DNA of 64,000 bases from a virus: positions 1 to 64,000 of IMG/VR virus record IMGVR_UViG_3300042147_000025; one strand, written 5' to 3'. Position numbers and translations under genes: made by a program. Positions 49,865 to 59,109 of the stretch are shown piece by piece; positions within the stretch are counted from its first letter, which is position 1, and the number at the start of each line of letters is the position of its first letter. The notes beneath the pieces are model-generated. The model saw nothing but the letters and a program-made list of their open reading frames with translations. It ran no database searches and was not told the origin of the DNA.

Positions 49865-51742
49865 CTATTGTTTTACAGGGAATTGGACATTCACTTGGTC
49901 AAAGGATTGAACAAACATATTTGCTACAGCTTCACCAATAGCTTGAGCTTGTGCATTTGCATCCATGCCTTGGAGCGTTGAGCCATCCACATTCACAACG
50001 ATGTCGATCTGATTACTGTTACTCACAATACCCATTGCTTTATCTTCAGCAGCAGCTTTAGCCATGTCCGCTTGTTGTGAGTCATACCCAGCAGCATCTT
50101 GGTAATAGGGGGAGGTTGGGTCATCATAAACTGCACGACCTCTCTCACGAGCTTTGTTCATGTTAAAGCCGGTGTTGTTTATGATATCCCCAACAATGGC
50201 TGCTGGCGATGCATACTCTAGACCAAACAGATTAGCTTTTTCAGTGGAACTATTACTTGTCTCGGAAGTCGGAAGAGACCCGCTTTTCCACTTCTGGAAC
50301 TCAGCAATAGCATTCATGATAGAAGCAATTTCTCTTGCTGTAGCTTCTAGAGTTGGGAGGAAGTCAAACTTGATCGTGGAGATATCAGTGAAGATTTGTT
50401 TGATATCAGACCAGTCTTTCTTGAGTTGGTTGGTCTTGTCCACGCCTAACCAATCCGCCACAACACTATCTTTACCCTCAAGAGCACGAATAAAAGATTG
50501 CGGGAATAGGAGAAGGTCATCAGCCCATTTTGTTGCTTCGTTAAACCCTTCTGCAAGCCTCTTAACTAGGTCTCCACTTTCATTCAAGCCTGCCGCGAGG
50601 GTACGGAAAATACGAGCAAAACCCTCTTCTACGCCTGCGTTTGATGCCAATACGGCCATGTCATTTACAGAGTTTTGATAACGAGCTTGCTCAGCTTGGG
50701 ATGCTTGGGATGCTGTACCTAGAGCCCCGCCCTGATTAGCTCGTTGAGAAGCAGCAGCGCCTGCATAAGTGAGGATATCACTGGTTACTTTGCCTTTCTT
50801 CATATCAGCCAAAAGCTGTTGAATGGCTTCAGCACCAGTCTTATTACCGCCAATCTTTGCTTGATATGCTTGAGCAAACAGTGCCGTACCACCCGGCAAT
50901 GCCTCTGCAATTTGCCCAGTAAGTTCCTCAGACATCAACTTACCCTTACCCGCAACTTGAGACAATGCTCTGAACAAACGGTTCTGAGTAGTTTTATCGA
51001 GTTTGTTGACGCGGGCCAGTTCAGCAAATCCACTAAAAACCTTCTGGCTTTGTTTTAAGCCAATACCCGATCCAGTAAGACCTGATATTAGTTTATTATA
51101 GTCGCCAGATGCCTCAAGGAAATTGAACCCCACACGGTTCGCTTCAGACCTCAAATATTGGAAAGAATCTGAGCCTTGTTGTGCTGTTCCCCCGGCTTGC
51201 TGTACAACCGCTGACGTTTGCAACTGGGCAGAGACGACTTCTTGGTTACGCCTATTTAATGCCCCGAGACCATAGCCCCCTAAACCCAGTGCAAGTGCGG
51301 GACCAAGTAGACTGGGCATACCTCGGGAACGTCCAAGGCCAGCGGCAGCTCCTGTAACAACAGCCTCACCTGTCCTCCCTCTGGGGGTAACAACAGTAGG
51401 TGTATGTCCCGGAACAACTTGAGGAACAATCCTCATAGGGTGAGACATACCTGCACGGGCCATCGCAACAGCAACAGTTTGATTTAAGGCAGCTTGATTG
51501 ACATTGAACTTATTAATATCAAAGACAGTACGATTGCTCGCCATATCTAAGGCGTTACCAAGGACTCTCTCAAGCTTTCGTTGGTCAACCGTAAAGTTAC
51601 CAATGCCAAAATTTAAGGAGTTACCAAAACCTTTAAATTTATTTAGCTTCTTCTCAAGAGTAGCTAATGCTTTGTCAACCTTTTTTAAACCTCTTGTGTC
51701 AACATCAAAACCGATACTGGCGAAGTACTTGGCGATCTGCAA
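49865..51742 (-). CDS. Tape measure protein
   Basis: ALSQVAGKGKLMSEEL.GQIAEALPG tape-measure domain; Ala/Gly-rich. Confidence 0.88.
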   Translation of the reverse strand: MQIAKYFASIGFDVDTRGLKKVDKALATLEKKLNKFKGFGNSLNFGIGNFTVDQRKLERVLGNALDMASNRTVFDINKFNVNQAALNQTVAVAMARAGMSHPMRIVPQVVPGHTPTVVTPRGRTGEAVVTGAAAGLGRSRGMPSLLGPALALGLGGYGLGALNRRNQEVVSAQLQTSAVVQQAGGTAQQGSDSFQYLRSEANRVGFNFLEASGDYNKLISGLTGSGIGLKQSQKVFSGFAELARVNKLDKTTQNRLFRALSQVAGKGKLMSEELTGQIAEALPGGTALFAQAYQAKIGGNKTGAEAIQQLLADMKKGKVTSDILTYAGAAASQRANQGGALGTASQASQAEQARYQNSVNDMAVLASNAGVEEGFARIFRTLAAGLNESGDLVKRLAEGFNEATKWADDLLLFPQSFIRALEGKDSVVADWLGVDKTNQLKKDWSDIKQIFTDISTIKFDFLPTLEATAREIASIMNAIAEFQKWKSGSLPTSETSNSSTEKANLFGLEYASPAAIVGDIINNTGFNMNKARERGRAVYDDPTSPYYQDAAGYDSQQADMAKAAAEDKAMGIVSNSNQIDIVVNVDGSTLQGMDANAQAQAIGEAVANMFVQSFDQVNVQFPVKQ

Positions 51743-51756
51743 TGTTTATTACTCCG

Positions 51757-52325
51757 TCATTTCGGTTTATTTTTATCAGCTTTAGCTTTATCAAATGCTT
51801 GCTTACTTAAAGCATCGTACACATCAAGGAATTCAAGGAGCTTCAGCATTTGTCGTGTAGAGTATTTCCACTCCATTTCAGCAGCCAATTCAAGACCACC
51901 TTTCTCATGCATGGCGATCCTATAGATACTCCAGTGCTGAGAGAAAGTTTTATCAATTTCTTTTTCTAGCTGTGTAGCCAATCTTCCCGACTCAGACTTT
52001 TCAGTTACTCTTCTGAATCGGGTGCCTGAAAAAGCTCTTCGAAGTTAAAATTCAGCACCTCTTTATAGAGTTTATTGAGGTGTGCATACTTGCGAGAAAA
52101 GGATACATCAAAAGACTTTTCAGTGATCTGCATGTTCTCCTTGGAAACATAGTTACAAATGATTTGTTTCATTTGACTAAGATCCGCCTTACCTTCATCA
52201 ATAGCTGCCTGATGCTTTTCAATAAACATCAAACCTTTAGTTGCAGGCATTGCGGTTACAAGGTAATCAATATCATCAACTGTAATAGTTGTTTGTTCAA
52301 GTACTTCAAATTTTGGAGCTGCCAT
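51757..52325 (-). CDS. Tail assembly chaperone pair (G = 52005-52325; GT via -1 frameshift to 51757)
   Basis: CTT TTT C at 52034-52028; the -1 frame is open into ORF 51757-51981; downstream 11-bp stem. Confidence 0.75.
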
Positions 52326-52349
52326 TTATTTTATCTCAGAAAATACAAA

Positions 52350-52847
52350 TTAAAAAATGTTATCAAAGAAGTTACCAGCTTCGCTGAGTGCTCTATCAAA
52401 GATGTCAGTTGCAGGCTTAGCGTTACCAGACACAACATAGGTGCTCGTGGACTGCAAGAAGAATTCCCAATTACGATACTCAAACTGCCCGGAATACGTA
52501 GATGTAGGGTACCCAGTAATATACGCCTCATTGGATGAGAACACACTACGACCTGAGTTATCCTTCAACATTAATTCAATTCGTCCAGTGCCTTCAGTTA
52601 AATCAAGTTCATGGATATACGAAAGTACATCGTTTCCCTGAGAGGTTTGGAGGAGAGAGATGGTGATAGTGGCAGAGGTATCGACATTAGGGACTCGTGT
52701 GTTCTTACCACGAATACCGCGAATAACAGTAAACCCTTTCACTGTTCTGCTAATGCTGATACTCTGCCAGCCAGTTAGTTGATAACCACCAACAGTTAAG
52801 ATTACGTCACTAGGGCTGTATGTATTCACAGTAAAGGAATTAGCCAT
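52350..52847 (-). CDS. Tail tube-like protein (DUF3277-like)
   Basis: TYSPSDV, TITISLLQTS.GND.L. Confidence 0.7.
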   Translation of the reverse strand: MANSFTVNTYSPSDVILTVGGYQLTGWQSISISRTVKGFTVIRGIRGKNTRVPNVDTSATITISLLQTSQGNDVLSYIHELDLTEGTGRIELMLKDNSGRSVFSSNEAYITGYPTSTYSGQFEYRNWEFFLQSTSTYVVSGNAKPATDIFDRALSEAGNFFDNIF

Positions 52848-53344
52848 TACAGCACTCCTTCTGCAATTGAGGACGAACCGGATGCAAGATTAATCAAATC
52901 TTGGAGAATACCACTAGCATCTTGGTTGCTACCGACGTTGATAACCGCTTGTGAAGAGCGAAGTATCCAAGTACGACTATCAAAGCTAGTACTTTGTACC
53001 ATACTTGGAATCCCTTCAATCCATGTGTTGGTTGAAAAGAACAAGTCTGTACCAGATAAATCTTTTATAAACAGCGGGAATTTCCCCATTTGTGTGAACT
53101 CATCTAACTGCCACAACTTAGTAAGGATATCATTAGATGTAGAGCCACGGTGGAACGTTAGCGAAATAGTGTATGTCTGACTATTCGTATACAGTCTAGA
53201 AATAGATCCGTCTGCTGTTTCTGTTGTACCGAACGGAACCTTGTCTTTGGTGATGCTGATAAATGTTCCGTCAGCAAATCCGCCGAGCGGAATACCAAAA
53301 GCCAAACAGTTCACATCATCTGGTAGGTAATTCGCAATTGTCAT
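52847..53344 (-). CDS. Tail tube-like protein (DUF3277-like)
   Basis: NYLPDDV, GFADGTFISI. Confidence 0.7.
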   Translation of the reverse strand: MTIANYLPDDVNCLAFGIPLGGFADGTFISITKDKVPFGTTETADGSISRLYTNSQTYTISLTFHRGSTSNDILTKLWQLDEFTQMGKFPLFIKDLSGTDLFFSTNTWIEGIPSMVQSTSFDSRTWILRSSQAVINVGSNQDASGILQDLINLASGSSSIAEGVL

Positions 53345-53398
53345 GTAATCTCCTTAAATTATAGGGGCTTAGATCTTAGTCGTCACCCCTAATTCCAA

Positions 53399-53929
53399 TT
53401 AAGGACTAACCTTCCACCGCTCATCAACAGTGCCACCAAGTGCTTCCATTGCAGCAACTTCTGATGGAGCAAGAGGTGTGTTACCACCAATAAAGATGTC
53501 ACTACCAAACAGGTAGATGCCCCAATCACGAGTACCGAACTCAGAGCCAAAAGAGGCATTAGCTGGTGCTACAATTACTGCACTATTACTGGAGGCTACT
53601 GTTTGACCACTCATGTCCTTCATGGTGCAGTTGAACACATAACGGTTGTCCGGTACATTAGCATCAGCGATTTGAAGTTGTTGGAACAACGAGTTAGACG
53701 GCGAGCCTTGGTGTAGAGTGATAGTTACGTTCATCGCAGTTACACGACGCTTAACCCTCGCAAAACTGTTGTCGCCAACACCCTGATAAGGCGTGGAACT
53801 TGGAGTAATCCGATCCATGCTGACAAACGTACCATCAGCAAAACCTGTTACTCGGTGTACGAAATCTCCTTTCGACAAAATGATAGTAAAATCATCCGGA
53901 AGGTAGTTCGCAATAAAATTGTCACTCAT
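53399..53929 (-). CDS. Tail tube protein
   Basis: NYLPDDF, GFADGTFVS; first structural gene after the sheath. Confidence 0.75.
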   Translation of the reverse strand: MSDNFIANYLPDDFTIILSKGDFVHRVTGFADGTFVSMDRITPSSTPYQGVGDNSFARVKRRVTAMNVTITLHQGSPSNSLFQQLQIADANVPDNRYVFNCTMKDMSGQTVASSNSAVIVAPANASFGSEFGTRDWGIYLFGSDIFIGGNTPLAPSEVAAMEALGGTVDERWKVSP

Positions 53930-54627
53930 AAATTAATTGCCTCTGTATTAATGTGGGAATCTTCCCTAATTGTTTTATTTGGGCGATCCCCATAGACTTG
54001 TTCAGAAACATCGTCATATGCAAAAGCCGCTTCTAATTCTGTTTTAAAAGATTTTCTTAATTTACAAGTTCCGTCTACAAATAACTTTGCCCTGAAGTTA
54101 CCGTGATGCATACTTACACCAATACTTTCACAAGCGCTGTCTTTTCGTTTTCGTCTGTTATGGCAATTAACAGATCTTGTCACCCAACTGCAGTTTTCTT
54201 TGGTGTAGTTACCGTTAGTATCTTTTCGGTCTAGTTCCAAACCTTCTACATAGTGCTCTGACATATCATTGTAAAATGATTCAAAGTCAACCCAAGAAGG
54301 TTGGTAACTAATACCCCGACCACCGTAGTCTTCAAACTTATAGGCTTTTGGGTTATCGCATCGGACCTTCATACCAGCCCAAACTCCATATAGTGGACTA
54401 GAGCTTAATCCATGAGTTATGAACTGTGAACCGTCCTTTGCACACCCACATGTGATTACTTTACCAGAAACCAAGTCTACTAGATTTACAGGTTTAATAG
54501 GGGAACCACACTCACATTGAACATTCACAAATCTACGACGCCTTTTAGAGACAGGCTTCATATAAGTTTCAGAAACAGTGACTAGAGACGAGAATTTGCT
54601 GCCAATTGGTAAATCTTTGTTTTTCAT
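53926..54627 (-). CDS. HNH-type homing endonuclease with AP2-like C-terminus
   Basis: CECG, TCGC, W.GMK.RC...YGGRGI, LDRKDTNGNYTKENC.W. Confidence 0.85.
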   Translation of the reverse strand: MKNKDLPIGSKFSSLVTVSETYMKPVSKRRRRFVNVQCECGSPIKPVNLVDLVSGKVITCGCAKDGSQFITHGLSSSPLYGVWAGMKVRCDNPKAYKFEDYGGRGISYQPSWVDFESFYNDMSEHYVEGLELDRKDTNGNYTKENCSWVTRSVNCHNRRKRKDSACESIGVSMHHGNFRAKLFVDGTCKLRKSFKTELEAAFAYDDVSEQVYGDRPNKTIREDSHINTEAINL

Positions 54628-54685
54628 AGAACCTCCCAAATAAAATGATTTTTATCATATCACTCAAAAGGTTCTATGTAAAGCT

Positions 54686-55969
54686 CTATACAGAAAGGTA
54701 GAAATTGATGTCTACCGAGCGAATCGAGCCTTGCAAACGGGCGCGGATAACGAACACACCAGCAGCACGTTGAGCACGAAGAGTTGCGGGAATACTCAAA
54801 ACTGGTGGGGTAGAAATTGTCCATCCAGAGTCAATCAGACCATTACTCTCAGCAAGAGAACAAACAGCACGGATCTCATTTTCTACAATCAAAAGGCCCG
54901 GATCAGTCATTGGGATTTTAAGGCTGTTGATGATTCGGAAGTAGATCCCTTCCTGCAATCTTGCCTTTAACCAGTCCTTGCCAATCTGGACATCGATTGG
55001 TTTTGTATCAAACATGTTACCGTCTTGGAAAATGTCAACACCACCTTTACGGCGGTAAAAGTTCCACGATTTAGCACGCAAATTGACAACTTGAGTAGAG
55101 CTAAGGATGCTGCGAGTAACACCGTTTGCACGCTTGAAATCCCAGTCATTAGCACCCGGAGTCACAGCCAACTGACTACCAATCCATGCAGCTTCCGGAT
55201 ATTCAGTCGCGGCGGTGCCGGAGTAAACACCAAAAGTACGACTTGCAGACTTAGCATTAAGTTTATAACCAATATCAGTAATACCAGTCGTTGGTGCTAC
55301 AGTATCAGCCGAGGACAGACCATAAATCTTATCCATTGCTTGGATTGTATCAGACAGAGCTTCTTGTTCAGCAACTACCTGTGTTTCAGCAGTGAGTGCA
55401 TACCAGACGTCATTGTCTGCATCAACTGCAAGAAGTGCATCAGGCCAAGTTTCGGTGGCAGTGTTTACACCAACAAGGTTGGTAGAAGTTGTAACACTCC
55501 AAGCAGTACCGAGTACAGTGGTTGTAAGAATTAGTGTGGTTGTACCAGTGACAGTAATGCCGGTAGGAGAACCGATAGCAGCTTTCAAACCAGTTACAAT
55601 ACTGGTTGCAGTCGCACCGACACCAGAGGTAAAGGTATAAACCACATCATTAAGTGTTACAGTGTATGCAGTGCTGTCCGCTACAGTAGGTGTGAAAGTA
55701 ACACTATCTACTTGCCGACGGCCAATAATGACAGAAGGGGGGATAGCCCCAATTACACCCGACTGACCAAACAGCTTACTAGCCATAACATAAGCTTTAT
55801 CTGTGGTGGCAAAGTCTGCACCAACCTCAGTAATGCTAGCGTATGAGCGTGCTCTGTCAGCAAAGTTAGTAAATGTAGCAAGCACCAATGGGATTGCGAA
55901 GGAAGCAGTAGCGATAGCAGTAGTTTGGTCAGTTATGACCACATTTACCACGTCGTTAAGATCGCTCAT
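54686..55969 (-). CDS. Contractile tail sheath protein (DUF3383-like)
   Basis: PEAAWIG...PG...W.FK...GV; IDV..G.DWL..RLQE; KIP.TD.G. Confidence 0.85.
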   Translation of the reverse strand: MSDLNDVVNVVITDQTTAIATASFAIPLVLATFTNFADRARSYASITEVGADFATTDKAYVMASKLFGQSGVIGAIPPSVIIGRRQVDSVTFTPTVADSTAYTVTLNDVVYTFTSGVGATATSIVTGLKAAIGSPTGITVTGTTTLILTTTVLGTAWSVTTSTNLVGVNTATETWPDALLAVDADNDVWYALTAETQVVAEQEALSDTIQAMDKIYGLSSADTVAPTTGITDIGYKLNAKSASRTFGVYSGTAATEYPEAAWIGSQLAVTPGANDWDFKRANGVTRSILSSTQVVNLRAKSWNFYRRKGGVDIFQDGNMFDTKPIDVQIGKDWLKARLQEGIYFRIINSLKIPMTDPGLLIVENEIRAVCSLAESNGLIDSGWTISTPPVLSIPATLRAQRAAGVFVIRARLQGSIRSVDINFYLSV

Positions 55970-56016
55970 ATTTGTTATGATCCTTTATTATGTAGCCATC
56001 GCTACGGATTTATTTA

Positions 56017-56574
56017 TCATGGGTAAATGATACTTTCTGGAATCTTTATGATTACAGGAATTTCTGATGTTTCATCCGCAAGGACAACACCTTCTACAAC
56101 ATCTACAAGTTGATTTGTGTTTACAGTATAATTAAATGTCACATCCATGTTGTGGTACTCAACCCACTTAGTATCTCTCTTCTGTGGGGCTCTGCGGATC
56201 TGACTCTTACGCATAAGGCCCAGCTTATTCTTTTTCAATTCTTCAAGAGCTACTGGGTTGTTATTAATTCTTTGGGTAAAGCTTTGAGCCATATCACCAC
56301 TTAAGCTACCAATAAAACTGAACTGAACAAAGATTTCATATTGAGCTTGTACAGAAAGTTCATCATCTTCATTTACTAAAGTAGATGTTATATGATGACC
56401 ACTTTGAGCAATACTGAGGATATTGATTGCAACATAACTTTCAGCAGGTTCAGCACCGTTGCTGTTAGAAAAGATAATTCCTTTATCTTGTGCAATGGTG
56501 TTGGGGAAGAATTCCAACAATGTAGAGATAGAAGCTTTGCGCAATGCCTTTCGGACATCAGAGTATACAGCCAT
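56017..56574 (-). CDS. Tail terminator/neck protein
   Basis: 185-aa ORF immediately upstream of the sheath. Confidence 0.6.
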   Translation of the reverse strand: MAVYSDVRKALRKASISTLLEFFPNTIAQDKGIIFSNSNGAEPAESYVAINILSIAQSGHHITSTLVNEDDELSVQAQYEIFVQFSFIGSLSGDMAQSFTQRINNNPVALEELKKNKLGLMRKSQIRRAPQKRDTKWVEYHNMDVTFNYTVNTNQLVDVVEGVVLADETSEIPVIIKIPESIIYP

Positions 56575-56583
56575 GTGATGTCC

Positions 56584-56958
56584 TCAGTTTGGTGTCAATT
56601 CAATACGAGCAGCTTGAATTTTTACGTGCTCCAAGATTCCCATTCCATTGGTCCAATCATCCACCTTCATAATCTTATAACGATCATTTTTCCAAATGAA
56701 TTCGTCAGCGGACCAACCTGAATTTCCTTCTTTAAGAGTTCTGGCGTAATCGGCAGAGTAGAACTTAACCCAGCCTCTTGTCCTATCAGCTTCAGGAAGC
56801 ATCATAATTTCATAAGGTTTTAGTGGTTGGATATTCACCATTAGTGGAACTTCTATGACACTACCTTCAACCCAATCCCCATCTACAAAAGAACCAGATG
56901 TTTGTCTGTAAATTGTAAGTGGTATTTTATGTGTAAGTAGAAACTGAGGTTTCAACAT
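56584..56958 (-). CDS. Head closure protein
   Basis: G.FVDGDWVEG, NIQP, LPEADR; gene position. Confidence 0.6.
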   Translation of the reverse strand: MLKPQFLLTHKIPLTIYRQTSGSFVDGDWVEGSVIEVPLMVNIQPLKPYEIMMLPEADRTRGWVKFYSADYARTLKEGNSGWSADEFIWKNDRYKIMKVDDWTNGMGILEHVKIQAARIELTPN

Positions 56959-57440
56959 TAATCACTACCTCTGTTAGCTACTTTAAAATCAACGGAGTCA
57001 TACAAAAGACCACTGTCAATAAGTGGGTTATCAAACCCTTTAAGCTCAACAGTAAGTGGGGCATTTCGTGGAGTATCCCAGTCAGCAACAGCCTTCTTTA
57101 AGTCAGCCTGAGCTTTAGCACCAATCTTTGTATACTCTTGTTTGAACGTACTTTTCCCCTCAGCAATCCTTTGCATACTCTCGGAAAATAGATTGTCGTA
57201 TGATCCCTTTTTAATTGGGGCCATAAAACCAACACGAATAGCTGGGCGAGTGGGGATATTTTGAGCTGGTACACCTTCCTCCTGCCAGCTCCAGACGGTC
57301 GCAACAGATAAATTATCGTTATCTGGTCCGTAGTAAATTGGCTCTACAATTCCGACCTGAACTTCTAATTGACTACCTCTAAGAAGATCCCTCTTCATTT
57401 TGTTCCAGCCAGATTTATCAATAGTGAGCTTAAAAGACAT
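56958..57440 (-). CDS. Neck/tail completion protein
   Basis: IPTRP, NAPLTV.LKG.DNPLIDSG.L. Confidence 0.7.
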   Translation of the reverse strand: MSFKLTIDKSGWNKMKRDLLRGSQLEVQVGIVEPIYYGPDNDNLSVATVWSWQEEGVPAQNIPTRPAIRVGFMAPIKKGSYDNLFSESMQRIAEGKSTFKQEYTKIGAKAQADLKKAVADWDTPRNAPLTVELKGFDNPLIDSGLLYDSVDFKVANRGSD

Positions 57441-58239
57441 GCTTCACCTCTGGATACTTTTCAATTAACTTTTCTGCATTCTCTGATTTTCTGTTTAAAA
57501 AGAGAGTAGAGTTTGAGTATAGTTCATTTAAAATAGTAGCCGCTTTGATTCCAGTGATTGACAGTCTATAAAGCTCACCCTTCATAAGGACAGTCCGTGT
57601 ATCAATTGACGGGTTGATAGATTGACAGTAACTTAGGAACTGATCGCACAACTCCTTGCTTCCACAAAGGTAAACTCTACGGTTCTTATTTTCGGGCTTT
57701 GATATACTACCATCACCGTCAATTAAACCTCTCCAGAAATGTCTGTTATTCAAGAATCTTTCTGGTGCAAATTCTTTGGTGCTTTTTCTGGTTGTATACC
57801 CTAGATTGATAAAGCTCTTGTAAATCCCATCAACAGTAAAAGATAGTTGGCAAGATTTATTTAAGGTACTTGTCCTGATCTGATATGCCACTGGATTTGG
57901 CAAATTAATTTCATTCTTCATTGTTTCAAGAATGTGAGAATCGTCTGATTGAATATCAATGGTAAGTCGTTTACCGCGACCGGTCATACATCCATCAGCC
58001 AACATAAGCCCATAAAAATAAGCTGCTCCTTCTGTGTCCTTCTCAAAGTAATCAACCACAACGTGCCTGTTGGCTACTCTGTTACTACCATTCTCAATTT
58101 TAACACCCTGTTGCTTAAATATCTTTGCAACACAAGCATCTGAAACATTGAAGGTTTTAGCAATTTCTCGTAGGGTAAGCTTCTGTTCTACGTACATAGT
58201 AATCAAGGCTGGGTATTGATCTTTTCTGATTTTGATCAT
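57430..58239 (-). CDS. Free-standing double-motif LAGLIDADG endonuclease with N-terminal HTH
   Basis: YFYGLMLADGC and FWRGLIDGDGS; LTLREIAKTFNVS. Confidence 0.8.
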   Translation of the reverse strand: MIKIRKDQYPALITMYVEQKLTLREIAKTFNVSDACVAKIFKQQGVKIENGSNRVANRHVVVDYFEKDTEGAAYFYGLMLADGCMTGRGKRLTIDIQSDDSHILETMKNEINLPNPVAYQIRTSTLNKSCQLSFTVDGIYKSFINLGYTTRKSTKEFAPERFLNNRHFWRGLIDGDGSISKPENKNRRVYLCGSKELCDQFLSYCQSINPSIDTRTVLMKGELYRLSITGIKAATILNELYSNSTLFLNRKSENAEKLIEKYPEVKHVF

Positions 58240-58252
58240 ATTTTCCTTCAGA

Positions 58253-58699
58253 TTAAAATGTGCAGTTAATAAACAAAGTTTCACCAGCAGCATGACAACT
58301 ATCACATCCACAACCTGTCTCACAACAAGCTGCTTCTCTACAGATATCCCCATCACAAACTTCGATGTTCATGAGCTTGCTTGGACAACTGTTAGCAGAC
58401 CAAGGCATCAACCCCATAGGAATGAGTACTGTAGGATTATTAATGAAGTTACCAAGCGCCGCGATGTAGTTCTTAGCATAGTCGTTCCAAACTTCTAGGT
58501 CGCCTGTGGATTCTCTGGTATTATATCCAGCAATAGTAAACGAGGCAGAAATTGCAGCCATTCGAGCGGCTTGATACACATTTTGATTATTCAAGTCTAA
58601 GAATTGCTGAATTTCCTCCTCACTGTAGATGGGGTAGAACGGATTATTCGGGGTGTTGCCTATGAGCAAATTTACCTGCTCAACGGGTGTAAGGGCCAT
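58253..58699 (-). CDS. Head-tail adaptor with Cys-rich C-terminus
   Basis: V.LLIG....SEEEIQQFLD; position after the capsid genes. Confidence 0.6.
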   Translation of the reverse strand: MALTPVEQVNLLIGNTPNNPFYPIYSEEEIQQFLDLNNQNVYQAARMAAISASFTIAGYNTRESTGDLEVWNDYAKNYIAALGNFINNPTVLIPMGLMPWSANSCPSKLMNIEVCDGDICREAACCETGCGCDSCHAAGETLFINCTF

Positions 58700-58747
58700 G
58701 GCCACTCCTACATATATGAGGAGGGCAGACAAGCTGCCCCTTTATAC

Positions 58748-59059
58748 TTACGCAGCAGGCATAATACCGGCAGCAATCAATTTAGTAAGCAATGCATTAT
58801 AAGCTACAGTAACCGCTGCCAAGTCTGCAAAGTCTGGAGATTGTTGGGCAGTGAAAGTGATTTGTTTTGCAATACCAGCTACAGTAGTTGTTGCAGCAGC
58901 AGTGCCGAGTGCAGTACGTGCAGCAGCAGCAGTTGCAGCGGTCAATACAGAACGGCCTACAGCAGTAGAGTCAGTGATGTCAGCAGCAGTGATGCTACCA
59001 ACGGATGTATCCAATTCCTGTACTGCAAAGATCCAACCGTTTTTAGTTGTTACAGCCAT
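58748..59059 (-). CDS. Head fibre/decoration protein
   Basis: ITDSTAVGRSVLTAA.AAAARTALG; YNALLTKLIAAGIM. Confidence 0.65.
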   Translation of the reverse strand: MAVTTKNGWIFAVQELDTSVGSITAADITDSTAVGRSVLTAATAAAARTALGTAAATTTVAGIAKQITFTAQQSPDFADLAAVTVAYNALLTKLIAAGIMPAA

Positions 59060-59074
59060 ATTTAAATCTCCGTA

Positions 59075-59100
59075 AATAAGGGGCTATATTTCAAGCCCCA
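59075..59100 (-). terminator. Terminator after the major capsid gene
   Basis: GGGGCT/AGCCCT stem followed by TATTT. Confidence 0.6.
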
Positions 59101-59109
59101 TTAGATCGT

